Numbered from the stretch's first letter, positions 1-9,506 are shown. The stretch: DNA of 32,797 bases from Pseudomonadota bacterium (GCA_038523655.1 JBCBJG010000003.1:1-32797), one strand, 5' to 3'. Numbers and translations: made by a program. Notes: a model not told the origin generated them from the letters alone.

Positions 1-183
1 CGCGCGTGACTCTGTCGGGCGCACGAACGCCAAAGAACGTCCCGAACGCTCAAGAACGGACGCGCCGTATGCCTCGTTGTCAGCCAACTTCCCGTGCACG
101 TTTGCGTCGTCGGGCAACGGCTGGACGCGCATGCGCACAGCGGACCAAAGGAGTTCGGTCCCACGACCGTCCTAAGAGCGACG

Positions 184-711
184 ATGGAAGACGGCCAGTC
201 CGACGCATGGCTCATTGAACGAGCGCAGGCGGGAGATGCCCCCGCGTTCGCACGCCTGCTCGAACGGCATTACGATTTCATCCATGGCGTTGCGTGGCGC
301 TGGTCCGGTTCCGTGGCGGACGCCGAGGATATTGCTCAGGAGGTCGCGATCAAGCTTGCCACGGCACTCAAGGGCTTTCGCGGTGACGCGGCTTTACGAA
401 GCTGGCTTTACCGGCTGACGCTGAACGCGACCCGTGATCGCCAACGCGCCGAGGCCCGCAGGGAAACCCAGATCGCGCAGCTCGCGTTCGTCCACGAGGA
501 GAGCGCGCCGGCCGATCAGAGCACCGGACTCGAGGCGCAGGATCTTTGGGCTGCCGTCCGCGCGCTACCCGCCCGCCAGCGTGACGCGGTGCTACTCGTC
601 TATGCGGAGGAGTTATCGCACGCTGAGGCCGCGGAGATTATGGGATGTGCCGAGACCACGGTGAGCTGGAACATCCATGCGGCAAAGAAGAAGCTCAGGG
701 TCACGGTATGA
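184..711 (+). CDS. ECF-type RNA polymerase sigma factor (sigma-70 family)
   Basis: Region 2 'DAEDIAQEVAIKL...SWLYRLTLNATRD' and region 4 'LPARQRDAVLLVYAEELSHAEAAEIMGCAETTVSWNIHAAKKKL'. Start placed at ATG 184 (MEDGQSDAWLIERAQAGD), a typical ECF N-terminus. The ORF track starts at 94. Confidence 0.93.
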   Translation: MEDGQSDAWLIERAQAGDAPAFARLLERHYDFIHGVAWRWSGSVADAEDIAQEVAIKLATALKGFRGDAALRSWLYRLTLNATRDRQRAEARRETQIAQLAFVHEESAPADQSTGLEAQDLWAAVRALPARQRDAVLLVYAEELSHAEAAEIMGCAETTVSWNIHAAKKKLRVTV

Positions 712-718
712 GGCAGCG

Positions 719-2272
719 ATGACCGACGACGCTGGATTAGCGCGCCTGAGCCGCGACGTGCCACCGCGTCCGCGTGCAGTGGCGCGTGCCCGAGCGGTCG
801 AGGCCGGTCTGGCTGCGTTCAATGCGTCCGCTGAAAAAACCGCCCCAGCTCGCTCGCCACGGAGTTTATCTGCCGGCGAAGGCGGTTGGCGTCGCCTGCT
901 TGCGGTGCTCGACCAGAACCGCGGGCTCGTCGCGGCCGGCGCGATCGCGGTTGTCGCTCTGCCCATGACATTTTCGATCCTGGAGGAAAATCCACCTTCT
1001 CGGCTTCCGACAATCGAGAGTGCGCCGACCGACAAACCAGCGGCGCGAGAGGAGACGCTATCTGCGCCCCGCAAGATCGCGGAAGCCCGAGCGAGCCGAG
1101 CGGAGGAAAACCGGGTCGCAGTGGTCCCGGATGTGAGCGGAGCCTCGGACGTCCGAGATGCCGCAGATGCTAACGACGCCGAAGTTTTCGAGCGGACGTC
1201 CCGCATACGCCGTCGCTCAAGCACACCTGACGCAGATACGCTGCGACGGGCTACACATTCTGGCCGGGACCGCATCGCCACCGCGAGACCGCCCGCGCAG
1301 ACCGACCCGGCTGCATCACCGCCCGAAGCCGCCGCCGTCCCTTTGCCCGCGCCGACGCCGCCACCGCGCTTCGGCGCGCAGAATGATCGCTTCGCGCGCG
1401 TGGCGCGGCCCAAGAGCGGCTCAGGCCAACACCCTCGAGCAGTGCGCAGGTCACACGAAGCCTCGACCACGCGCGCGCAGGCCACGCCACGCCTTGCAGC
1501 CGATCAGTCCGCGGCGATAGTCACACTACGGCAGGATCGCTTGGCCTATCGGCGGCTGCGCGCGACGATCCAGGCCGGCAATTTACCTTCCCCGAACCAG
1601 ATCGATACCGCAGCACTCGTGAGCGCACTTGCGCGCACCGCGGCTGACACGCCACGCGCGCCGGGCGGCATTACGCTGACGAGACTTTCCTCTCCGTGGG
1701 ATGGCGACGGCATCATGATCATCGCTGCGCCACCGACCCTTGCCGGCACGATGTGGCGTGCATCGTTGACGAACGCGGTGCCCGCGCAGGAGCGCGCAAG
1801 CAATCGCCAGAAAAGCGCATCCGGCGCCGACGCCATCAACACTGCCATAGCGATCCTGTTCACCGCACAACCGTCCGCCCGCGAGGTCTCTCGGACCGTC
1901 GTTCTCACGCCGCTGTCGCAAACGCGCGCACCGGCAACGCCGCGTGTGATCGATGCGCCGCGCGCACTGGAAACCGCCCGCGACCCCGAGCAGCGCTTCC
2001 GTCTCGCGGTCGTTGCCTACGCTGAGAAACTTCGCGGCAATGCGGACCTCGCGTCGTTCCGCTGGGGGCAGATTGCCGATCTCGCCGACGAGGCGGTGAG
2101 CGATCCGCAGGACCGGGAGCGTTCGGCGTTCGTCAATCTCGTGCGGATCACGGGTGCGCTGGCACGGTTGTCGAAACCGAGCGCTGCGACCAGTCAGAGC
2201 CCGAGCCCGAGCCCAAGGCCGTCGCGCCCAGCTGCATCTACCCCGTCGCAGCAACGCCCGGCCGCTCAGTAG
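719..2272 (+). CDS. Membrane-anchored YfbK/DUF3520-like protein, putative anti-sigma factor, apparently lacking the VWA domain
   Basis: ATG 719 follows GAGG at the sigma stop codon. One TM segment (GLVAAGAIAVVALPMTFSIL) and a long Ala/Pro/Arg linker. 'AYRRLRATIQAGNLPSPNQID' and 'SPWD' resemble the YfbK N-terminal part. The C-terminal 'QRFRLAVVAYAEKLRG...ERSAFVNLVR' resembles the YfbK/DUF3520 C-terminus. Confidence 0.7.
   Translation: MTDDAGLARLSRDVPPRPRAVARARAVEAGLAAFNASAEKTAPARSPRSLSAGEGGWRRLLAVLDQNRGLVAAGAIAVVALPMTFSILEENPPSRLPTIESAPTDKPAAREETLSAPRKIAEARASRAEENRVAVVPDVSGASDVRDAADANDAEVFERTSRIRRRSSTPDADTLRRATHSGRDRIATARPPAQTDPAASPPEAAAVPLPAPTPPPRFGAQNDRFARVARPKSGSGQHPRAVRRSHEASTTRAQATPRLAADQSAAIVTLRQDRLAYRRLRATIQAGNLPSPNQIDTAALVSALARTAADTPRAPGGITLTRLSSPWDGDGIMIIAAPPTLAGTMWRASLTNAVPAQERASNRQKSASGADAINTAIAILFTAQPSAREVSRTVVLTPLSQTRAPATPRVIDAPRALETARDPEQRFRLAVVAYAEKLRGNADLASFRWGQIADLADEAVSDPQDRERSAFVNLVRITGALARLSKPSAATSQSPSPSPRPSRPAASTPSQQRPAAQ
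2197..2214 (+). repeat. (GAGCCC)x3 in-frame tandem repeat encoding SPSPSP
   Basis: Read directly from the sequence, in the low-complexity tail of the 719..2272 CDS. Confidence 0.85.
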
Positions 2273-2312
2273 CAGCAGACCAAGGACAGCAGAACATAGG
2301 GAAGATAATTCA

Positions 2313-2335
2313 TGGAGAGCCCAAGTAGCTCTCTA
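2313..2335. terminator. Hairpin between convergent genes, possible terminator
   Basis: TGGAGAGC-ccaagta-GCTCTCTA, an 8-bp stem with one G-U pair. No strong U tract. Confidence 0.3.
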
Positions 2336-2395
2336 CGGACGCCCTCGCTGCGTGCGGGCTGCCGGCGCCTGTCGACGATCTGGCCCGCTGGTCGC

Positions 2396-3328
2396 CTAGT
2401 GGAACAGGCTCGAGACGCTTTCTTCGCGTGCCGTCCGGCGCACCGCTTCACCGATCAACGGCGCAATGGAAAGGACGCGGACGTTATTGGCGATCCGCAC
2501 GGCTTCAGTCGGCTGAATACTATCCGTGATGACGAGCGGGTTCAGTGATGACGCCGTGATCCGCGCCACCGCTCCGCCTGAGAGCACTCCGTGCGTGATA
2601 TAGCTCGACACTTCCGTTGCGCCATTTTCCATCAGCGCTTCGGCTGCATTGCAGAGCGTGCCGCCACTGTCGACGATGTCGTCGACCAGGATGCAGCGAC
2701 AACCATCGACATCGCCGATCACGTTCATGACCTCGCTGACGCCGGCCCGCTCGCGGCGCTTGTCGACGATCGCGAGTGCAGCGCCGATGCGCTTTGCGAG
2801 ACCCCGCGCTCTCACGACACCGCCAACGTCCGGCGACACCACTGTCAGATTGTCGAGCTCGTAGTGTTCCTTGATGTCCCGCCCGATCACCGGTGCGGCG
2901 AACAGGTTGTCGGTCGGGATGTCGAAGAAGCCCTGGATCTGCGCTGCATGCAGATCGAGCGTCAGCACGCGATCGGCGCCCGCGCGTTCGATCATGTTGG
3001 CGACGACCTTTGCGGAGATCGGCGTGCGCGGTCCGGGTTTTCGATCCTGCCGCGCGTATCCGTAGTACGGCAGCACCGCTGTAATTCGCGAAGCCGACGC
3101 ACGTTTCAGCGCGTCGATCAGGATCAACAGCTCCATCAGGTGGTCGTTGGCCGGGTACGACGTCGACTGCAGAATGAAGACATCCTGCCCGCGCACGTTC
3201 TCCTGCACCTCGACGAAAACTTCCTGATCCGCAAATCGGCGGACCACACATTTCGTGAGCGAAAGATTGAGGTAGGACGCGATCGCTTCCGCGAGCGGCC
3301 TGTTACTGTTGCCCGCGACCAGCTTCAT
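2396..3328 (-). CDS. prs: Ribose-phosphate pyrophosphokinase
   Basis: [17 protein letters not shown] start, '[10 protein letters not shown]', '[11 protein letters not shown]', '[13 protein letters not shown]' and the PRPP motif '[13 protein letters not shown]'; 310 aa. Confidence 0.98.
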   Translation of the reverse strand: MKLVAGNSNRPLAEAIASYLNLSLTKCVVRRFADQEVFVEVQENVRGQDVFILQSTSYPANDHLMELLILIDALKRASASRITAVLPYYGYARQDRKPGPRTPISAKVVANMIERAGADRVLTLDLHAAQIQGFFDIPTDNLFAAPVIGRDIKEHYELDNLTVVSPDVGGVVRARGLAKRIGAALAIVDKRRERAGVSEVMNVIGDVDGCRCILVDDIVDSGGTLCNAAEALMENGATEVSSYITHGVLSGGAVARITASSLNPLVITDSIQPTEAVRIANNVRVLSIAPLIGEAVRRTAREESVSSLFH

Positions 3329-3533
3329 TCGACGCGTCCCCCGACGGCATCGCGGCTGTGTCGCGACGCGGAACATCACCGCATGACAGGGCCATGACGA
3401 TGAAAACGCGCGCCTGATAGCAAGGCGTCTGCACCGTGTAAATACGACCGCCGAGGAGGGTGGAGACGGTAATGGAAGGTCGGTCGAGCGCAATCGCCGA
3501 CACCACGCGGTGCGGTATTAGAAAACACCAATG

Positions 3534-3564
3534 AAAAACGCCGGTGGCAGGACCACCGGCGTTT
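3534..3564 (-). terminator. Rho-independent terminator downstream of the lipoprotein gene
   Basis: AAAAA-CGCCGGTGG-cagga-CCACCGGCG-TTT: a perfect 9-bp GC stem followed by 5 U on the minus strand, about 75 bp after the stop at 3638. Confidence 0.85.
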
Positions 3565-3637
3565 GTCGAGAGCACATTAGGAGTGCAGCGTGATCGCAGA
3601 GATGACCTGACGCCCGCGCAAAGTCTGCGAGCTTCGA

Positions 3638-4702
3638 TCAGTTCACCTTGATCGTTTTCGGGAGCAGTTTTGCGACCCCCTGACCCGCCGCGCTTGCGGC
3701 CGCGTCAGCGGTCTTGCCCCACTTTCCATCGAGCGAACCCTGCGGAATTTTATTCTTCTGCGCCACGGTGCCGACCCGCTGCCCTTTCGGGTCAAGCACC
3801 AGCCACGTGATCGCGATGTCCTGCTTACCCGACGTCGGCTTGCTCAGCGCCACGGTGCCTTTGACCGTGTAGGTTTGCTGCGACGCCTTGGTGGTGAGTG
3901 AGACACCGCGAGACTGCAGGTTCCGCTTGAGCGCAGACGCGAGTGCGACACGCCCGTCACCCGGAGCACCTGCCACCGGAGGCACGAGCGCGAGGACCGG
4001 CAGCGGCTTTGTCGCCGCGCTGGCTGTGCTCGTCGTAAGCGAGGTTGGCCGTGCAGCGGGTCGCGTTCCGGTTGCGGCGGCCGCATTGAGTGGCACTGGC
4101 GACGACCCGGCAGCGACCGGCTGAGGCCCGCCGACACCGGCGGCTGTCGCCGGCGTGTTTGCCGGGACCCACGCAGCAAGCTGCGTCGCCGTCTTGTCGG
4201 CGATGCCTTCAAGAACAGCCGGCGTCACGTTCGTCCACGGGTCGCGGCTTTGCTTGCCCTTGACGAACTCTTCGCCGGCGATGCGATGCGCGCGCTTGCC
4301 CGCGGGGTCAGTCACATCCCAGATATAGCTGAGCTTGGTGCCTGCCTGATCTGGCGCTGCGATCACGTAGCCGCGGACCGTGTAGTCAGTTGCAGCACCG
4401 GAAGCGACCACCGGCACGTTGCGCTTCTGCACCGCGCTGACGACCCGGGTCGAGAGCTGCTGTGAAACGGTCGCCGGTGCCCCGATCAGCGGCGCGAAGG
4501 CGACCCGCTTTTTCGTTGGCGCAGCGGCGACAGGTTTTTGTTCCGCAGTCGGTGCGCCCGAAGCGACCGGCCCAAGATTATCGAGAATATTCCCGGACGT
4601 GCCGCAGCCACCGAGCGACAGTGCTGCCGCTGCAGTAAGTGCAAGCAAGGTCGCGCGCATCCCACCGCGCAGCGTCCCGAGTGCGTATCGTGCGTCTGTC
4701 AT
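3638..4702 (-). CDS. Conserved hypothetical lipoprotein with two related domains
   Basis: Signal peptide with lipobox 'LLALTAAAALSLGG-C'. Start is uncertain (4702 MTDARY or 4660 MRATLL). Lies between pgeF and prs. Confidence 0.8.
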   Translation of the reverse strand: MTDARYALGTLRGGMRATLLALTAAAALSLGGCGTSGNILDNLGPVASGAPTAEQKPVAAAPTKKRVAFAPLIGAPATVSQQLSTRVVSAVQKRNVPVVASGAATDYTVRGYVIAAPDQAGTKLSYIWDVTDPAGKRAHRIAGEEFVKGKQSRDPWTNVTPAVLEGIADKTATQLAAWVPANTPATAAGVGGPQPVAAGSSPVPLNAAAATGTRPAARPTSLTTSTASAATKPLPVLALVPPVAGAPGDGRVALASALKRNLQSRGVSLTTKASQQTYTVKGTVALSKPTSGKQDIAITWLVLDPKGQRVGTVAQKNKIPQGSLDGKWGKTADAAASAAGQGVAKLLPKTIKVN

Positions 4703-4935
4703 AGCAGACATCCCCCAGTAACAACCCCACGTTACAGATCCGCTGAACGACAGTTCAGCGAAATACTGCGCAGAATCAAGGCCCAAACCGACGATAACGC
4801 AGTCAGGGGGCGGCGACGCATCTGCACCAACGCCTCGGTGCTAAGCCCGAATCGGCGCGCATACCAACGGTCAATGGCCCAGCGCGTGGAATGCGCAGGC
4901 AAAACTTGTCGAAAACGCCAACCTGACAAAGCCGA

Positions 4936-5766
4936 CTAGCGCAGCACGATGGCCGATATTTGGCGGCCGTAATCCGGCTCGCCTCGGTGAGTTGCGCGGC
5001 GGTAGCTGAAGAAGCTAGCCGGGTCCGCATAGGTGCAGCAGTCGAGCGATGTCGCGGCCCCGATGCCGAATGCACGCAGACGATGGACGATATAGCCGGG
5101 CAGATCGAAATGGATCCGCGCCTTTCCGTCCGGGACGCCGAAATACTGCGCATTGTCCGGATCGGCTTCGAGCAGCGGCTGTGCGAAGGCCTCACCGACC
5201 TCATAGTTCGCAAAAGAAATCGTCGGCCCCAGAACGGCCGTGATGCGCGCACGTTCCGCGCCGAGCGCCTCCATCGCCTCGACCGTCGCCTCGAGCACGC
5301 CGCCGACCGCGCCGCGCCACCCGGCATGGCAGGCGCCGATCACGCCCGCCGCATGTTCGGCGAAGAGCACGGGTCCACAATCCGCCGTCAGCACGCCGAT
5401 CGGAACGCCGCACGTTGCCGTCACCAGGCCGTCTGCTTTCGGGCGCGCCACAGCCGGGGCGAGCGGGTTAACCAATGAGACAACCTGGGAGCCATGCACC
5501 TGGTGAACGCTCGAGATCGGGGCAGGCGATCCGTTTGCCCCTGCCGACATCCAGGCGGCGACCCGCGCACGATTCTCACTCACATTCTCCGGTCGATCGT
5601 TAGACCCTGGCCCACAGTTCAGCCCGGCATAGATGCCGCCGGACACACCGCCTCCGCGCGTGAAAAAGCCGTGGCGGATCGGCTGTGCGTCATGTGCAGA
5701 TGCCGACCGCGCAAGACTGTCAGCACAGATCGGTGCAACGCCGCGATCGCTTGCCTGCTCAGACAT
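4936..5766 (-). CDS. pgeF: Peptidoglycan editing factor PgeF (YfiH/laccase-like family)
   Basis: 'HGFFTRGGGVS', 'QVHG', 'ADGLVT', 'LTADCGPVLF', 'HAGWRG', 'GPTIS', 'FFSYRR' and 'GRQISAI'. Confidence 0.95.
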   Translation of the reverse strand: MSEQASDRGVAPICADSLARSASAHDAQPIRHGFFTRGGGVSGGIYAGLNCGPGSNDRPENVSENRARVAAWMSAGANGSPAPISSVHQVHGSQVVSLVNPLAPAVARPKADGLVTATCGVPIGVLTADCGPVLFAEHAAGVIGACHAGWRGAVGGVLEATVEAMEALGAERARITAVLGPTISFANYEVGEAFAQPLLEADPDNAQYFGVPDGKARIHFDLPGYIVHRLRAFGIGAATSLDCCTYADPASFFSYRRATHRGEPDYGRQISAIVLR

Positions 5767-5806
5767 TTGCACCCGGTCCCCTCGTCTTCCGTGCAAGCGC
5801 GCTGGC

Positions 5807-7102
5807 CTATCGCGGCGCCGGCCCCCACGGATACACGGGGAGAATATCTGCGCTGTGGGTGTGAAGCACGCGAAAGCGGTCTCCCATCCCCGGCGAGGCG
5901 ATCAACCGCGCAGCCCCGCTCTGAAGCGCATTGATGGTCGCCGCATCCTTGTCCCGGGCGAGCGCTTCGGTCCGGGCACCGATGCCGAGCGCTTCGAGGA
6001 ATGTCGCCTGCGGAAGCGAGCGCGCGGGACTGTTCATCGCCGCAGCTTCGTTTGTCCCGGCGGCCGCGACGGCGAGCCCGGCATTCCGCAGTACGTCGCT
6101 CAGCTCGGCAAAATCCACGTGCGCGGAAAGATCGTGTTCACCGGGCGCTGCAAGCGGATGCGCAGACCGATGCCGCGCCACCGCCTGCAGGGTGTCTCCG
6201 ACTGCGGGCCCTTCATATCCATAGTCGATGATCAGCCCGGCGAACGGCGCCTGTGCAGCCCAACCGGCGATGGTCGTAGCGAGGGCAAGCGCGCGCAGCG
6301 TCTCCGCCCGGCTCTCCGCAATCGCCCCGATGGCTGCCGCAGCTGTCGCGTTCGGCGTGCCTTGCCCTCCTTGCGCTCCGCCGACGGGATTTGCGGCAGG
6401 GGCCCCCTTGTCGAAGCAAAGCCGCTCCTCACCATCCAGGGCAACGGTCCGTTCAGCCCACCCGGTCGGGCTGCGCTCGGTTCGGACAAGCTGGCTGACC
6501 GGCAGCGCATCGATGAACTCGTTGGCGACGAGGACGCAGGGCCACGCCCCGCTGCGATCCACCGAACCTGTATGCGACGGGTCGCCCGCGACCTGTCGCA
6601 CATCCGCTACCCAGCGCGGCGCATGGCCCGCCATCGCCTCTTGCGACCCGGTGCCGAGCGTCGCAGCCTGGATCTCGCGCAGGGTCGGGTTGATCTCGAC
6701 AAGGACGAGATCAAGCGTCGGCACCGGTTCACCAAGCGTGCGCACCACTTGGCGAAAAGCGCGCCGTGCATCCCGGATGAGTGTCCCGCGGCCCGGCCCG
6801 AGTTCGACGATGCGAAGTCGGTCCGGGGCGCCGAATTGCTGCCAGGCGAGCGCCAGCCAAACGCCGATCAATTCGCCGAAGACCTGCGAGATTTCCGGCG
6901 CTGTCGTGAAGTCGCCTCCGCGGGCCTCGGTTCCGATCGCCGGTCGGTGCCGGTAATATCCATGGTCGCGATCGGTGAGCGCCTTCGCCATGAACGCCGC
7001 CACCGTGAGCGGACCGTGAGTACGGATATGGTCGACAACCCACCCGGCATGGGCGGGACGGCTCCCGGCCGCTTCGTCGTCCGGTGGTGGCGTATCCGTC
7101 AC
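5807..7102 (-). CDS. SAM-dependent methyltransferase, MidA/NDUFAF7 family
   Basis: 'GYY...GDFTTAPEISQVFGELIG', 'VELGPGRGTL', 'ANEFIDALP', 'IIDYG' and 'DLSAHVDF'. Start placed at GTG 7102; the ORF extends to 7171. Contains several Ala/Gly-rich loop insertions. Confidence 0.92.
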   Translation of the reverse strand: MTDTPPPDDEAAGSRPAHAGWVVDHIRTHGPLTVAAFMAKALTDRDHGYYRHRPAIGTEARGGDFTTAPEISQVFGELIGVWLALAWQQFGAPDRLRIVELGPGRGTLIRDARRAFRQVVRTLGEPVPTLDLVLVEINPTLREIQAATLGTGSQEAMAGHAPRWVADVRQVAGDPSHTGSVDRSGAWPCVLVANEFIDALPVSQLVRTERSPTGWAERTVALDGEERLCFDKGAPAANPVGGAQGGQGTPNATAAAAIGAIAESRAETLRALALATTIAGWAAQAPFAGLIIDYGYEGPAVGDTLQAVARHRSAHPLAAPGEHDLSAHVDFAELSDVLRNAGLAVAAAGTNEAAAMNSPARSLPQATFLEALGIGARTEALARDKDAATINALQSGAARLIASPGMGDRFRVLHTHSADILPVYPWGPAPR

Positions 7103-7157
7103 GTTTTCTCGGTTCGATCGGCGTGGCGTGCGAAGCAACGCGGGGGTGGGCGTATGC

Positions 7158-8051
7158 TCACTGGCGGTCAAGCATCATGCTCTCACCGCGATACCGAGCA
7201 GAGCGCAGGATCAGGTATCCGGCGATGATCATCGGCACCGAATACACCATGCCGCTCGTCATGAACGGACCGAAATGGCTGTACCAGGACGGATCGAAAT
7301 CGCGGAACAGTTCGACGAAGGTCCGCGCCACCCCATAGCCGATAAGAAAAATCCCCGTCACATAACCGGGCCACCGCAGCGCCCCCCGCGCGAAGATCAT
7401 GTAGGCGAGCACGGCGAACAGCATGGCACCCTCCAGCGCGGCCTCGTAGAGCTGGCTCGGGTGCCTTGGCTCAGAGGTCCCGTCGGGCATCGGAAAGCGA
7501 ACCGCCCATGGCACATCGGAGACCCGTCCAACGACCTCCGCGTTGATGAAGTTTGCCAGCCGCCCGAAAAACAGCCCAATCGGCGTGGCCGCGGCGACGA
7601 GATCGCCAATCGTCAATGGCGACACCCCGCGCGATACGGCGAACAGATAGATGGCGATCGCGACACCGAGCAGACCGCCGTGGAACGCCATGCCCCCCTG
7701 CCAGATTTTGAACAGCTCGAGCGGGTTTGCGATCAGCAGTTGCGGCTCATAGAAGAGAAAAAAGCCGATCCGCCCGCCGACAACGACGCCGATCGTGATC
7801 CAGAACAGCAGGTTGTCGGCATCATCGTAGTCGAGCGGCGCAGCGCCGGCCCAAAGCGCAGGGCTTGCAAGAAGCGAGCGGACATACAGCCAGCCAAGCA
7901 ACAGCCCGGTCATGTAGGCAAGCCCGTACCACCGGATGGCGAGCGGCCCGATTTCGATCGCGACGGGATCAATTTGCGGAAACGGTAGCGCAGCGCTCGG
8001 CGCGATCATCGCATGCACGAGCGTCATGAGAGAACCGTCGGGCGTGATCAT
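7158..8051 (-). CDS. lgt: Prolipoprotein diacylglyceryl transferase
   Basis: 'IDPVAIEIGPLAIRWYGLAY', 'IWQGGMAFHGG', 'GRLANFINAE' and 'RHPSQLYEA'. The exact start is uncertain (8051, 8027 or 8009). Confidence 0.96.
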   Translation of the reverse strand: MITPDGSLMTLVHAMIAPSAALPFPQIDPVAIEIGPLAIRWYGLAYMTGLLLGWLYVRSLLASPALWAGAAPLDYDDADNLLFWITIGVVVGGRIGFFLFYEPQLLIANPLELFKIWQGGMAFHGGLLGVAIAIYLFAVSRGVSPLTIGDLVAAATPIGLFFGRLANFINAEVVGRVSDVPWAVRFPMPDGTSEPRHPSQLYEAALEGAMLFAVLAYMIFARGALRWPGYVTGIFLIGYGVARTFVELFRDFDPSWYSHFGPFMTSGMVYSVPMIIAGYLILRSARYRGESMMLDRQ

Positions 8052-8303
8052 CGTGCGCGTCCCGTTGCCGTTAGACTGCGCGACCGCTTGTTCGGTTTCC
8101 CCTCGATGATGTCAAGCAGCGCCGGCGAGCCCACGCATCCAGATGACCGACCTCGATGGCCAATCTCCCGACGGCCAACCGATCCTCGGCTGTGGGCTGC
8201 GTCGTCGGTTCTCTTGCAACAATGTCGACCTCCGGCGCATTCTTCTAAGCAGCGGCGACATCGATACCGCCGCCACCGTAACAACCGCGTTTCGGAGCAT
8301 CCC

Positions 8304-8555
8304 ATGCCCCAGCAGTCCAATCGGTTTCTCGACGAGGTTGCCCGTTTGATGACCGATGCCGCCGGCGTGGCGGACGGTGCTCGGCGTGAGGTCGAGACGG
8401 TCATGCGCTCGCAGGCCGAACGCTGGATGCGCGAAATGGACGTTGTCCAGCGTGAGGAGTTCGAGGCGGTGAAGGCGATGGCTGAAAAGGCGCGCGAAGA
8501 GAACGACCGCCTCGAAGCGCGCCTCGCTGAACTCGAAGCCCGTCTCGCAACCTGA
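8304..8555 (+). CDS. ubiK: Accessory factor UbiK / BMFP family protein
   Basis: GGAG RBS before ATG 8304. 'NRFLDEVARLMTDAAGVA...MDVVQREEFEAVKAMAEKAREENDRLEARLAELE' matches the family; 83 aa. Confidence 0.9.
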   Translation: MPQQSNRFLDEVARLMTDAAGVADGARREVETVMRSQAERWMREMDVVQREEFEAVKAMAEKAREENDRLEARLAELEARLAT

Positions 8556-8707
8556 TACCTGACGCGCCTGCCGAACCGCCGGGGCGACGGTATCCCGCGA
8601 AAGCCATCCCGTCGTACAACCGTCGACCACCTGCGCAATTTATTTCCTCTCCCCCGATGAGCCGTAGCTGACGCTGCTTGTGTTCAGCGGTTACCGCGCC
8701 CTGGGGT

Positions 8708-8716
8708 TTATCCACA
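8708..8716 (+). promoter_or_regulatory. Perfect DnaA box (TTATCCACA)
   Basis: Exact consensus in the ubiK-ybjN intergenic region, with near matches at 8798-8806 (minus strand) and 8973-8981. Function not shown. Confidence 0.45.
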
Positions 8717-8744
8717 GCATGCATCGGCAACGTGTGCCCCGATT

Positions 8745-8835
8745 GACTCACATCAGTGAGGCGCCCGGAAAAACGATTCTTTTCCCCCGGGTTTTCGCGT
8801 GGACAACACCTGGGTGGCGTTGCGACTCATGACTC
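8745..8835. promoter_or_regulatory. Cluster of four GANTC (CcrM methylation) sites
   Basis: GACTC at 8745, GATTC at 8775, GACTC at 8824 and GACTC at 8831. The first overlaps a TTGACT -35-like hexamer. Confidence 0.45.
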
Positions 8836-9005
8836 GCTGCGATTACGTCCGCCTCGACGACGCGCCGGATGCGCACCCCGCGGGGCGGCTATCCGATCGC
8901 GCACCAAGTACCCGTTTTTCAAAGTTGTGTGCCGTGTTTCCAGACAAGAAACACCGCCGCCGAAAGGGATTATTATCCCCAGGCTGGCGAAGACCAGAGG
9001 ACCGC

Positions 9006-9506
9006 ATGGCCACTGTAGATCTCGGATATCTTTGCGCGGAACAAAATCCCGTCGACCTTGTCGAGCAGATTGCCGACGGGCAGGAGTGGTCGTTCGAGCG
9101 CCCGGGCGATGACGAACTCACGATGTCCGTCGCCGGCAATTGGGCGGACTATCAGATTTCGCTCAATTGGCGGACAGACCTCGAGACGCTGCACATTGCC
9201 TGTGCGTTCGATTTCCGCGTGCCGGATGCGCGCATGAACGAGGTCCACCGCCTGCTCGCGCAGATCAACGAGCAGCTCTGGCTCGGCCATTTCGATCTCT
9301 GGGCGAACGAAGGTCTCATCCTTTACCGCCACGGCCTGATGCTGAACGATGCGACGGCCACACCATCGCAGTGCGAGTCGTTGCTCCACGCGGCGCTCGA
9401 AGCCTGCGAGCGGTATTACCAGTCGTTCCAGTTCGTCGTATGGGCCGGCCGCAACGCGCGTGAAGCACTCTCGAGTTCAATGTTCGAGACCGAAGGCCAC
9501 GCCTGA
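9006..9506 (+). CDS. YbjN domain-containing protein
   Basis: GAGGA RBS before ATG 9006. 'NPVDLVEQIA...WSFER...DEL...GNWADY...INEQLWLGHFDLW...CERYYQSFQFVVWAG...FETEGHA' matches the alphaproteobacterial YbjN-like gene found before proC. Confidence 0.9.
   Translation: MATVDLGYLCAEQNPVDLVEQIADGQEWSFERPGDDELTMSVAGNWADYQISLNWRTDLETLHIACAFDFRVPDARMNEVHRLLAQINEQLWLGHFDLWANEGLILYRHGLMLNDATATPSQCESLLHAALEACERYYQSFQFVVWAGRNAREALSSSMFETEGHA

Noticed and set aside
5633-7228. 531-aa plus-strand ORF
   Set aside because: Arg-rich antisense shadow of the MidA and pgeF genes.
8556-9005. Possible chromosomal replication origin
   Set aside because: Only one perfect DnaA box, no clear AT-rich unwinding element, and no hemE, dnaA or parAB nearby. 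Kept only as a regulatory candidate.
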